From Candidatus Latescibacterota bacterium (GTDB taxonomy: Bacteria; Latescibacterota; UBA2968; UBA8231), in assembly GCA_964291625.2 (NCBI GenBank), contig OZ220089.1, positions 2,240,001 to 2,304,000 of the forward strand: a stretch of DNA of 64,000 nt. The letters are read 5' to 3'. The notes beneath the pieces were generated by a model, which worked only from the letters and a program-made list of their open reading frames with translations, was not told the origin of the DNA and did no database searches. Positions 1-10,100 of this stretch are shown one piece after another. Positions within the stretch are counted from its first letter, which is position 1. Each line of letters opens with the position of its first letter. Position numbers and translations under genes: made by a program.

Positions 1-2475
1 GCCGGGCTGCGCTTCACCGGCTGTCCCAACTGCGACGGCGGCACCCAGGAGAACCAGCTCGCGTGGACGATCGAGCGTCCCCACGAGGTCCACTGCCGGT
101 TCTGCGGCATCCGCTACCCCAACGAGACCTACCCCGACGACGATACCCTGCGGGTCACGAACCCCCTGGGAGAGGTGCAGGAGTATCCCTACTGGGCCGA
201 CGCCGACGGCTACCGCCACTTCTTCCGGGCCCGGGGCTGGTTCGAGGCCCGCGAGTACTTCGCCCGCCGGGCCCTCGACCTGGCGCGTCTCCACGCCGCC
301 ACCGGCGACCGCCTGCCCGCCCGCCGCGCCGCCCTGATCCTGACGCGCTTCGCCGAGGTCTACCCGGGCTACTGCGTCCACTACGACTACCCCTTCCGGC
401 AGAAGATCATCTTCGAGGGGGACCGGACCTTCCCCTGGCCGGTGGCCGACTACCGCGCCGCCAAGTGGGACTGGTGGGCCTACATGGACATCCCCGAGGA
501 CCTGCTGCGGGCGTACGAGCTGGTGCGGCCGAGCGGAGCCCTCGACGAGGCGGCGCAGCGGCGGATCGAGGACGACCTGTTCCACGCCAGCGTCGCCTTC
601 GTGCGCTCCTACCCGCCGGCCCTCGGCAACATGGACCCCACCCTGCTGCGGGGGCTGATCACCGCCGGCCGCGTCCTCGGCGAGCCGGAGTACGTCCACG
701 ACGCCGTCCGCCGCATCGAGCTGCTGGCGCGGCGGCAGTTCTTCGCCGACGGCGTCTGGCGCGAGGGGGCCGTCTCCTACCACAACCAGACGGTGCGGGG
801 CCTGGAGATCCTGGCCCGTCTGCTGAAAGGCTGGACCGACCCGCCCGGTTACGCCCCGCCCCGGGGCGAGGACCGCCTCGTCGACTTCGATCTCGACGCG
901 CGGCTGCCCATCCTGGCCCGGGCGCGGGAGGTGCCCGGCCTGCTGCGCTACCCCAACGGCCGCGTCGTCGCCTTCCACGACACCTGGGCCAGGGAGGCCG
1001 GCGAGGCGATGCCCGCCTCGGAGTCGATGCTGCTGCCGGCCCTCGGCCACGCCCGCCTGGGGCGCGGCGCCGGCGACGGCCAGGTGCAGGCCCACCTGCA
1101 CTTCTCCGGCGGCTACGGCCACCAGCACGGCGACGCGCTGGCCATGACCCTCTTCTCCCACGGCCGCGAGCGCCTCGGCGACATCGGCTACACCCACACC
1201 CGCTACCGCCGCTGGACGACCACCACTCTCTCCCACAACACGGTCACCGTAGACGGCCGCGACCAGCACATGGGCTCGGAGGACCAGCCGAGCGACGGCG
1301 ACCTGCGGCTCTTCGTGCCGGGCGACGGCGACATCCTCGCCGCCGTCGAAGCCTCCGGCGAGCGCGCCTATCCCGGCCTCGTCGACGAGTACCGGCGCCT
1401 GCTGCTGCTGATCGGCGCCGATGACCAGGCCTACGTGGTCGACTGGTTCCGCGTCCGCGGCGGCGGCCGCCACGAGTACGTGCTCACCGGCGACGCCGAC
1501 CACGGCGGCGGTCTCGTGCACGATCTGCCGACGTCGCCCTACGGCGAGATGCTGCTCCCCCCCGGCACCCCGGTGAGCCTGCCGACGGGCGAGTCCACCC
1601 CCGGGGAGGCCGGGGGCCACAACCTCGGCTACGCCTTCATCCGCGGCGTCCGGCAGGCCGCCGTGGACGGGCCCTGGCGGGTGGGGTTCCGCAGCTCCGG
1701 CAGCGAGGCGGGGGTGCGCGTCCACGGGGCGGGCCTTCCGGGGGACCGGCTGTTCACCGCCGCGGCGCCCTCGATCCGCAAGGCCGCCGAGGACGACGCC
1801 GCCCTCGACCGGCACACCATGCCCATGATCGTCCACCGCCGCGAGGGACAGGACCTGCAGAGCGACTTCGTGGCCGTCCTCGAGAGCCACGGAGCCGCGG
1901 GACCCTTCGTCCGCGAGGTGAGCCGACTGCCGGCCGAGGGCGACGGCGTGGCCCTGCGCATCGCCTGGGGAGACGCCGTCGACCACGTGCTCCTGTCGCG
2001 GGACGGCGGCCGCCTGGCGGCCGATGACGTGAGCCTGGAGGGCCGGCTGGGATTCGTGCGGCGGCGGGCCGGCCGGGTGGAGGCGATGCGCCTCGTCGGG
2101 GGGCGGGAACTGCGGGTAGAGGGCGAGGTGCTGTCGGGCGCGGGCGTGCTCACCGGCGGGATCACCGGCGCCCTGCGCCGCGAGGCCGGCGACGACTTGG
2201 AAGGCCTGATCACCGATCTCGCGGTGCCGGAGGGGGTCCGGCTGGAGGGGCTGTGGGCGGTGGTGAGCGACGGCGCCGGCTTCCGCCACGGGCACCGGAT
2301 CGAGCGGGCCGAGACCCGCCCGGAGGGCACGGTGCTGGTGCTGGCCGACGACCCCGGCTACGAGCTGAGCGGCAGCGGCGGCCGGCTCGTGTTCTTCCCC
2401 GGCCGGGAGTGGACGGGGCCCTCCACCGTGGAGATCGCCACCCTGTCGGCGCTCAGTCGTCGTCCCGGTCGCTGA
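1..2475 (+). CDS. Heparinase II/III-family polysaccharide lyase-like protein, 5'-truncated by the window edge, with an N-terminal CxxC...CxxC motif
   Basis: Frame is open from base 1 (AGLRFTGCPNC...HCRFC...) into ORF 175..2475. Motifs FFADGVWREGAVSYH, GHQHGDALAMTLF, LGDIGY and TLSHNTVTVDG are typical of heparinase II/III-like proteins. Confidence 0.8.
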   Translation, partial: AGLRFTGCPNCDGGTQENQLAWTIERPHEVHCRFCGIRYPNETYPDDDTLRVTNPLGEVQEYPYWADADGYRHFFRARGWFEAREYFARRALDLARLHAATGDRLPARRAALILTRFAEVYPGYCVHYDYPFRQKIIFEGDRTFPWPVADYRAAKWDWWAYMDIPEDLLRAYELVRPSGALDEAAQRRIEDDLFHASVAFVRSYPPALGNMDPTLLRGLITAGRVLGEPEYVHDAVRRIELLARRQFFADGVWREGAVSYHNQTVRGLEILARLLKGWTDPPGYAPPRGEDRLVDFDLDARLPILARAREVPGLLRYPNGRVVAFHDTWAREAGEAMPASESMLLPALGHARLGRGAGDGQVQAHLHFSGGYGHQHGDALAMTLFSHGRERLGDIGYTHTRYRRWTTTTLSHNTVTVDGRDQHMGSEDQPSDGDLRLFVPGDGDILAAVEASGERAYPGLVDEYRRLLLLIGADDQAYVVDWFRVRGGGRHEYVLTGDADHGGGLVHDLPTSPYGEMLLPPGTPVSLPTGESTPGEAGGHNLGYAFIRGVRQAAVDGPWRVGFRSSGSEAGVRVHGAGLPGDRLFTAAAPSIRKAAEDDAALDRHTMPMIVHRREGQDLQSDFVAVLESHGAAGPFVREVSRLPAEGDGVALRIAWGDAVDHVLLSRDGGRLAADDVSLEGRLGFVRRRAGRVEAMRLVGGRELRVEGEVLSGAGVLTGGITGALRREAGDDLEGLITDLAVPEGVRLEGLWAVVSDGAGFRHGHRIERAETRPEGTVLVLADDPGYELSGSGGRLVFFPGREWTGPSTVEIATLSALSRRPGR

Positions 2476-4291
2476 GCAGCTCGCCCCGCTGCAGACGCTC
2501 GGCGTTCTCCGTCGACCAGAGGATGTTCTTCATCACCTTCTGCGCCGTGATGTAGCGAGTCGCCGCCAGCAGGTGGATGCGCTTCTCCTCCAGATCGTCG
2601 GACAGGTCGTAGTGGCGGAAGGCGACCTCCAGCACCTGGAACATGTGCAGCTCGGCGTCCTCCCTCAGCAGGATGTGGGCGAGGGCGTGCTTGAGGGCCG
2701 TCACGTCGTGGCCCTCCTCCAGGTACTGGTTCACCAGGATCCCGGCCTCGGCGACCTTCTGGAAGTCGGCGAACTCCTGCAGGCGGTCGAGCATCTGCCG
2801 CGGCGACGAGAACGACTCCTCCGCCTTCAGCCGCTGTCCCGGCCGCGGCACCCGCGCCGACGGCATGTTGAGCCACCGCAGGTAGGTGGTGAACACGGCG
2901 CCGTGGAAGAGGCCGCGCAGAAGGTGCGCCGACGGTGCCAGGTGGAATGCGCGGTAGAGGGCGTGGGCGTAGGAGTAGAGGTTGGCCACGTCGTGCCAGT
3001 CGCCCTCGTTCTTGAGGTGGAAGCGCACGGTGCGCACCGCCCCTGCACAGGTCATGGCGCGGCACAGGTCGAGGGGCGACACGCCGGCCCGCAGCTCCGC
3101 CTCCAGCCGCTCAACGATCGGCCCGAAGTCGTCGCCGAGCATGACCTCGGCGAAGGCGCTCACGTCGAGGGCCTTCGGTCCGGCGGCCTGGTTGGCCTCC
3201 CAGATCTCGTCGATGCGGCCGAAGACCTCCTCGAGGACGGGCACTGCGTCCTGCCAGCGCGAGGTCTCTTCGTGGCGGGTGCGGCTCACGAGGTCGACGA
3301 CGATCGGCCGCAGGATCTCGTGGGCCCCCTGCCACTCCACGTAGTCGAGGCCCTCGAACATCTTGTTGGCGAAGTCGAGGGCGTGGCCGTCGCCGGTGAA
3401 GTAGAAGTCGGTGGCCGCAGTGTAGACGAAGTCGGCCAGCAGCTCCGGCGGCCGGCCGCGGTCGTGCAGGGTGAGGAGGATGCGCTCGGCGGCGCCCCGG
3501 TCGCGCAGGTCGACGTAGCGCCGGAACCAGCGCTTGAGCGTCGTCAGGTCGGGATCGGCGCCGGAGCGGGGGAAGGGGAAGCGCTGGCGCCGCGAGCTGC
3601 CCGCCGTGCGGTTGGCGATCTGGGCCAGCCCGTGGACGAGGAAGAGGTTGTGGTCCTTCGGGTCCACGTCGTCCCAGAGATTGGCGCACAGGGTGAGGAT
3701 GGCCACCCCCGAGGACCAGCCGTCGCTGGTCTTGTGGGCGCCGTAGAACAGGCCGTGCTGGATGATCTCCCGGGGCGTGGCGCCGGCCTCGCGCAGGGCG
3801 GTGACGGCCTTGGCGATGAGGAAGCTGGAGCGGTCCTTGAGCCCCTGCTCCAGGGCCCGCTTGCCGCGGTCCACCAGCCGCTGCCGGGCGGCCTCGCGGG
3901 CGCCCTTCGGGATACCCACGTATAGCATGCCGCCGCGGTCCTCCACCGGGAAGCTGGCCACGTCGTCGCCGAAGGTCAGGAAGCAGCCCCCGGTCTTGAG
4001 ATCGAACTCCCAGTGGTGCCAGTGGCAGATCAGCACGCCGTCGCGCACGCTCCCTTCGGAGAGGGGGTAGCCCATGTGGGGGCAGCGGTTGTCGCAGGCG
4101 TAGTAGCCGTCCTCGTAGCGGAACACGGCCAGATGTGTGCCGTCTACCGTGAAGGGCTTGCCGGCTCCCTCCTCGAGATCGGCGGCGGGGCACAGCTCGT
4201 GGAAGACGAGGCTGTCGGGGTCGGGCGCGGGCGGCGGCTGCGGCGTGGCGTCGCCGTCGTAGACCGATATGGGGGAGGTTTCCACGGTCAT
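2453..4291 (-). CDS. Rieske [2Fe-2S] ferredoxin domain fused to a large uncharacterised helical domain
   Basis: Rieske ligands CPHMGYPL...CHWHHWEFD lie in the first ~125 aa of a 612-aa ORF. The 3' end overlaps the convergent gene by 23 bp. Confidence 0.8.
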   Translation of the reverse strand: MTVETSPISVYDGDATPQPPPAPDPDSLVFHELCPAADLEEGAGKPFTVDGTHLAVFRYEDGYYACDNRCPHMGYPLSEGSVRDGVLICHWHHWEFDLKTGGCFLTFGDDVASFPVEDRGGMLYVGIPKGAREAARQRLVDRGKRALEQGLKDRSSFLIAKAVTALREAGATPREIIQHGLFYGAHKTSDGWSSGVAILTLCANLWDDVDPKDHNLFLVHGLAQIANRTAGSSRRQRFPFPRSGADPDLTTLKRWFRRYVDLRDRGAAERILLTLHDRGRPPELLADFVYTAATDFYFTGDGHALDFANKMFEGLDYVEWQGAHEILRPIVVDLVSRTRHEETSRWQDAVPVLEEVFGRIDEIWEANQAAGPKALDVSAFAEVMLGDDFGPIVERLEAELRAGVSPLDLCRAMTCAGAVRTVRFHLKNEGDWHDVANLYSYAHALYRAFHLAPSAHLLRGLFHGAVFTTYLRWLNMPSARVPRPGQRLKAEESFSSPRQMLDRLQEFADFQKVAEAGILVNQYLEEGHDVTALKHALAHILLREDAELHMFQVLEVAFRHYDLSDDLEEKRIHLLAATRYITAQKVMKNILWSTENAERLQRGELLSDRDDD

Positions 4292-4650
4292 GGGGATGAC
4301 TCCGGTGTGGGGGAGGCGGGACGGGTGGGAAGGTACGGCGCGGCCCTCGAGAGGTGAAGCGCTCGCCGGGCGCCGCGGGCTCCGATTGCCCGCGGCAGTG
4401 CCTTGCGGTATCGTCGCATGGCCTTCCGCGATGAGGCGCCGGCGCCACGGGGCGACCGTCCTCCAGCGCGACTCCGGCGGCAGGCCGTCCCGCCGCGGCC
4501 ATCCTCGCAGCGCGTCGTACCCACGCCGGCGCCGGCAAGGCGCAGCGGGGCTGGCAGGTCCTTGTCCTCGGATTCCGGGAGACCCATGAAGCGAACCAGA
4601 CTCCGCCCGCCGGCTGCCTTGGGGCCAGCCACCCTCCCCGCCTTGCCCCC

Positions 4651-5487
4651 ATGGTGATCCACACCCGACTTCGGCTGCGGGCCCCGGCCGCCGCGGTCCT
4701 CACCGCCGCGATCCTGACCGCCGCGGGCTCCGGCGGCTGCGCCTCCGTCCGCCAGGTCCTGGGGGCCACCCTGGTGCCGGTGGAGACCGAGATCGAGCTG
4801 GGCCGCAGGCTGGCCGCCAAGGTGGAGGCCGAGCACCGCGTCCTCCGGGACGGGCAGATCCAGCGCTACGTGCGGTTCCTGGCCAGGCCACTCATCGAGC
4901 AGGCCTGGCGCGACCGGCCCGGCATCGACTACCGGGTCACCGTCCTCGACGATCCGGACCAGGTCAACGCCTTCGCCCTCCCCGGCGGCCCCACCTACGT
5001 CTTCACCGGCCTCATGCTCCTCGCCGGCGACGAGTCCGAGCTGGCCGGCGTGCTGGCACACGAGCTGGGCCACGTGGTGGCCCGCCACTCGGCCGAGCAG
5101 CTGGCCTCGAGGTGGGGCCTTCAGATACTGACGAACATCGCCCTCGGAGAGGATCCCGAGGCGCTGGCGGCCATCTTCGCGGACTTCGGCGCCGGGGGCG
5201 CCATGGCCCGCTTCAGCCGCGAGGACGAACTCGAGGCCGACGACCTCGGCCTGCGCTACATCACCGCCGCCGGCTACGATCCCCGCGGCATGGTGCGCAT
5301 GTTCCAGGGCCTTCAGTCGGTGGAAGGAGGCTCGTCCCGCCCCCTGGGGGGGCTGCTGGCCACGCATCCGGCCACGGCCGAGCGCATCGAGCGCCTGCAG
5401 CGGCGCATCGACCGGATGGACGGCGATCTGCCGCAGCGCCGGCAGGGGCCCCGCTACCGGGAGATCACCGCGTCCCTCCGGCGGTAG
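4651..5487 (+). CDS. M48-family zinc metallopeptidase (BepA/LoiP-like, probable lipoprotein)
   Basis: VNAFALPGG, HELGH zinc motif, FSREDELEAD and THP motifs. The N-terminal hydrophobic stretch ends in GGC. Confidence 0.9.
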   Translation: MVIHTRLRLRAPAAAVLTAAILTAAGSGGCASVRQVLGATLVPVETEIELGRRLAAKVEAEHRVLRDGQIQRYVRFLARPLIEQAWRDRPGIDYRVTVLDDPDQVNAFALPGGPTYVFTGLMLLAGDESELAGVLAHELGHVVARHSAEQLASRWGLQILTNIALGEDPEALAAIFADFGAGGAMARFSREDELEADDLGLRYITAAGYDPRGMVRMFQGLQSVEGGSSRPLGGLLATHPATAERIERLQRRIDRMDGDLPQRRQGPRYREITASLRR

Positions 5488-5659
5488 GGACCCGCCCATC
5501 CGCCTTGCCCGCGTCCAGGGGGCCGAGTATCGTACTTCCCCATCCGGGCCCCGCGTCCCGGCCCCCTCCCCGGCCCCGCGACAAGCCAGCCTCCTGAAGA
5601 AATCACCAAGACCCAGCGCGAGCCCCGGCCGCCCTCGGCCCGGGGGGCCCCGGCCGTTC

Positions 5660-6259
5660 GTGCGGCGCCGGGTGCTTCACCTCGCCGCCCTCCTCCTGCC
5701 CGGCCTGACCCCCGCCGGCGCCGAACCTCTCGTCATCGAGACCCCGACCCTGCCGGCCGGGCTCTTCCTCACCGCCGGCCTCGGGGTCGTCGATCTCGAA
5801 CCCGGCACGGGCCTCGACATCCCTCTCGGCCTGACCGCCCTCGCGCCGCGCCACCACGTGATGGCGACGGTCACCGTCGCCGACTTCGCCCTGCTGCAGT
5901 CCAAGGAGATCCGCTACCGGCCCCGCTTCTACCGGGGCTACGACGTCTGCCTCGACACGGTGACCGGAGACCTGGTCCCCTACCGCCTCTGCCGGGGCAA
6001 GACCAACACCCTGCGCTCCTTCTCCGTCGATCTCAGCCTGCTGCCGGTGGAGATGGTCTACGTCGCCGACCGGCCGGGGGTGCTCCACCTCGGTCCGGGC
6101 TGGCGCGGCCAGGACCCGCGCACCGTGTACGGCACCATCGGCATGTTCTTCCCCTCCCCCACGGGCAACGCCATCGGCGCGCGACTGGCCATGGGCCGCG
6201 AGTTCATCTACATCGGCTTCACCTGGGGGCGGGATCTGCGCCGCCTCCCGGGGCTCTGA
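5660..6259 (+). CDS. Hypothetical exported protein (beta-rich, possibly outer membrane)
   Basis: Signal-peptide-like N-terminus (AGA|E), amphipathic beta-like segments and a Cys pair CLDTVTGDLVPYRLC. Codon usage is typical of the window. Confidence 0.6.
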   Translation: MRRRVLHLAALLLPGLTPAGAEPLVIETPTLPAGLFLTAGLGVVDLEPGTGLDIPLGLTALAPRHHVMATVTVADFALLQSKEIRYRPRFYRGYDVCLDTVTGDLVPYRLCRGKTNTLRSFSVDLSLLPVEMVYVADRPGVLHLGPGWRGQDPRTVYGTIGMFFPSPTGNAIGARLAMGREFIYIGFTWGRDLRRLPGL

Positions 6260-6269
6260 GCCGCCGGCC

Positions 6270-6719
6270 TCAGGCCGCGGTCACGTAGCGCAGCACCTCC
6301 ACCACCTGCTCCGGATCCCCGGCCACGGCCAGGGCCGCGGCGTCGACCTCCTTCAGGGGATGGGTGAGGCCGGCGTCGTGGAGGACGATCAGCGGTTTGC
6401 CCAGGGCCGCGGCGAAACCGGCGTCGAAGGCGGCGTTCCACTGCCGGTAGCGGTCACCGAAGCGCACCACCACCGCGTCCGCCCGGCGCAGCAGCGTGCG
6501 CGTGCGGATGGCGTTGATGCCGGCGCCCTTGTGGTCCTTCCAGAAGGCCTTCTCCTCCGGACCGAGGATCGACACCCCGCAGTCGTCGCTGGCGCCGTGA
6601 TCGGTGACCGGACGGGTGAAGTCGACGGGCAGCCCCGCCGCTTCGGCGCCGGCGCGGATGCGCTCGCGCCAGTCGCTGTGGATCTCCCCGGAGAGGTACA
6701 CCTCCCATCGTCTGCTCAT
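6270..6719 (-). CDS. ytoQ: YtoQ-family protein (nucleoside 2-deoxyribosyltransferase-like fold)
   Basis: VYLSGEIHSDWR, RFGDRYRQWNAAFDAG and HPLKEVD are hallmark YtoQ motifs. An AAGGAG RBS lies upstream. Confidence 0.85.
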   Translation of the reverse strand: MSRRWEVYLSGEIHSDWRERIRAGAEAAGLPVDFTRPVTDHGASDDCGVSILGPEEKAFWKDHKGAGINAIRTRTLLRRADAVVVRFGDRYRQWNAAFDAGFAAALGKPLIVLHDAGLTHPLKEVDAAALAVAGDPEQVVEVLRYVTAA

Positions 6720-6808
6720 GTTCCAGCTCCTTTCAATTTCTTGAAGGTAGTCCTCCTCCCCCGTAGCTTCAGCGGCCGTTCACCGAAACTCAAGCAGAAG
6801 GCACGGCG

Positions 6809-7105
6809 ATGAAATCAGCACTCGAGCTGGCCCTCGAGAAGTCGGAGGGCCTCGTCGACAAGGACCGCGCCAGGCTCAGCCCCGAGCAGATCGCCGCCAT
6901 CGACGAGACCCGCAAGACCTACGAGGCCAGGTGGGCGGAGCAGGAGATCGTCCTCCGCCAGCGGATCGAGAAGGCCGGGGACGGCGAGGATCCGCAGGCC
7001 GCCGCCGAGCAGCGGCAGCAGCTTCAGGAAGAGATGAAGTCCGTCCGCGACGGGTTGTTCGCCGAGCGCGACGAGAAGATCGAGGCCATCCGCCGCGGCG
7101 AGTGA
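6809..7105 (+). CDS. Conserved-type hypothetical coiled-coil protein
   Basis: 98-aa charged helical ORF starting MKSALELALEK. A TAGCTT -10-like box lies upstream. Confidence 0.7.
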   Translation: MKSALELALEKSEGLVDKDRARLSPEQIAAIDETRKTYEARWAEQEIVLRQRIEKAGDGEDPQAAAEQRQQLQEEMKSVRDGLFAERDEKIEAIRRGE

Positions 7106-7185
7106 TCGCGGCGGGGCCCGGGATCGAGGCGGGGCAACGGGGACGGCGGCCATGGCGGCTGCTGTCCCCGTTTCCGTGTACGGGA

Positions 7186-10100
7186 TCAGCGGACCAGGAC
7201 CACGGGCGCCCGGTGATCGACGCGCTCACCGCCGGCCCTCGCCGTCAGCACGTAGAGGTAGGTGCCGTTGGCCAGGGGGCGGCCCACCTCGTCGCGGCCG
7301 TCCCACGACAGCTGGCCGAATCCGGCTCCGAAGGCAACGGGCCCCAGGCGGCGGATGCGGCGCCCGCCGAGAGCGTACAGATCGACGCCGACCTCGGCTC
7401 CCCTCGACAGGAAGAAGGTGAAGGCGGCACCCTCGCCGCGCACCGGGTGGGGGTGCACGAGGACGTTGGTGGCGTGGAGGTCGGGGCCGACCAGGAGATC
7501 GATGCGCGACACGGCGAGCTCTCCCTTGTCGTCCACCAGTCTCGCCTCCACCTGCTGCAGGCCCTCGGCCATCCGGTAGAGGGCGCTCGCTCCGGCGGCG
7601 GTGGTCCACGTCGAATCCGCCGTCACCGGTGAGCCGTCCACGGCGAGCTCGATGCGGCCCGGGCCGTCCGCCTCGACCCACAACGCCCGGGGGCCGAGGG
7701 CGTCCCCGCTCTGCAGCTGGTGGCCCCCCGGCCAGGCCCGGAAGACCAGCCGCGGGCCCGGGGCGATCAGGAGCACGGAATCGTTCCCCGGGTCGGCGTC
7801 CGGGCCCCCATGGAGCACGCGCACCCGGGTGCCCGGCAGCAGCGGCCCCAGGGAGTCGAAGACCGCGGCCACCAGGGCCCCGGCGGGCAGAGCCGGCAGC
7901 GGGCGCTCCCGAAGCGGCTGCCCCGGCCTCCCCTCCAGGCGGAGGGACGCCGGCGGCGACGGCACCTCCCCCCGGTTGCGGACCGCCGCCCGGACCACCC
8001 CCTCGCCGGCCTCGGCGGCGGCCACCTCCAGGTCCGCCAGACCCGTGTAGCTCACCTGCCACTCCGAGAGGCGGGCGCCGGCGGCGGTGTCCACGAGCGC
8101 CGCCAGGCGCAGCCGCCGGAAGCGCTCCGCCTCGAGGCCGGAGAGGTCCACCGAGCCGGGGGCGGCCACCGCCCGTTCGGGGAGATCCGTCCAGCCGCCG
8201 TCCTCCGCGGGAGCCTGGACGCTCACCTGCACGCCGCTCCCCTCCACGGTCAGAGTCCCCCAGGCCGCGGCCGGTCCGATGGGCGGCGACCACAGGCGGG
8301 CCGGCTGCCTGCGGCCGTGGCGCCCGTAGCGGAACAGGGAGGCGCCGGTCTTGTCCAGCGGCTGCCCCGGCCGCACCACGGCGCCGAGATCGGCCAGCCA
8401 GACCTTGTCGTTCACCCAGTCGTACTGGCCGGCGAGGATCCCCGTCTCCTCCTGGTCCGAGGTCCACTCGTCGATGAAGGATCCGTCCACGGCGCTCACG
8501 GCGCGGATGCGGCGGCGGCCGGCGTACTCGATCAGGTAGAGACGCTCGCCGTCGGCCAGGACCCCGTCCGTCCACAGGTAGGTGAAGCCCGTCTCCGTGG
8601 GCGGCGCCACGAACTCGCGCACCAGCCGCCAGCCCGCCTCCGGCTCGAAGACGCGCACCCGCCAGCCGACGCGCATGCCCACGGCGGAGCTCATGGAGAC
8701 GTTGTACACGTAGCGGCCGTCGGAGGTGATCAGGGCGTGGATCACCTGGCCTGGCGCCGGCTCCTCGACGACGCGTCCCGTCTTCCAGTCCACCAGGCCG
8801 TCGGGGACCCGCACCGTGTCGAGCCGGCCCGTGCGCGGGTCGATGCGCTCCAGCTCGAAGGTCTGCCCCGCGTCACAGTAGAGGTAGCCGTCGGAGTGAC
8901 AGGTGGCGGCGATCCCGGCCGAGGTCGAGTCGGGCAGGAACCCGTAGAGCCGGCCGCGCTCGGTGCCGCCGAAGCCGGTGCCGATGCGGGCGAAGAAGTC
9001 GGTACCGGCGTAGCGGGTGGAAGGGTCGTTGAACCACCGCTTGGCGTAGAGGTACTCCCCGTCGGTGGCCACGATCCCGGCGCCGTCGAGCTCGCCGACG
9101 GTGAACCCGTCCTCGCGGGTGGCCGCCGCGGGCCGGAAGGCCGGCCGGCGGGAGGAGACCACCACCGCCTCCCCCTCGGCGGCGAGACCGCCCCCCGACT
9201 CGCCGTGGGCCAGGAGCTGAGGCCCGCGGCTCCTCCACAGGCCGTCCGCGGCTCCGGGGGGCGCCGGCTCCAGCGCGAAGGTCCGCACCGCCGACCACGG
9301 ACCGGGGACGGCATCGTCCACCAGCCGCACCCGCCAATGGAGGGATGACCCCGGCGGCGTCGCGAACCCCTCGAAGGCGTGCTCCGCCAGGCCCTGCCGG
9401 GCGGTGACCAGCGGCGACCACGCCGTGGCCGAGTCGGGGAAACCCGGCTCGGTGGAGAGGGCGAACTCGCAGGCCAGGCCCGCCGACTCGCCCGAGGCGT
9501 CCACCGGCGTCAGCGCGCGCAGCGCCGCGGCGGGGGCCAGGCCGCCGTCGGACGGCGACAGGGGCGCAGCGGCGCGGGCATCGAGGATGCGGAGGGAGAG
9601 GTCGAGGCGGTTGTCGCTCTCGTCGGCTTCCTCCACCTGGTCGTCGGCGTCGACGATCAGGGAGAGGAGGTAGGGACCGCGGCGGTCGCCCACGGCCCAG
9701 TCGAAGCGCAGGCTGTCGCCGCCGGCGAAGGGGCCGCGCCGCTGCACCCAGAGGGTGTCGGGGACCGCTCCCGGCGCCTCTCCGAGGAGGGCGACGGTGA
9801 GGCTGTCGGCGCCGAAGCGGGTGTTGTTGCGGAACCGGCCCGTGACCGTCACCGTGGCGCCGGTGGTCACCCTTCCACCGAGGACGGACAGGTCGGCGGC
9901 GGCGTAGTCGGCGTCCGGCGCCAGGGCCAGCTCCTGGGCCGGATCACCGATGAGCTGCATCGTCTCCACCACGTCGCGGTAGCTGGAGTGGGCCGCCAGG
10001 ACCCGCGCCTTGGCGGCGTCGAGGACGGGACCGAAGCGCAGCCGGCCTTCGGCGAAGAGCTGGCTGTAGAGCTGGTCGCTCAGCAGGCGGTTCTGGGCCG

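Noticed and set aside
4292-4650. Riboswitch or small ORF in the spacer between the Rieske and M48 genes
   Set aside because: Only generic GC hairpins and a TACCTT -10-like box were seen. There is no recognisable RNA family or coding bias.
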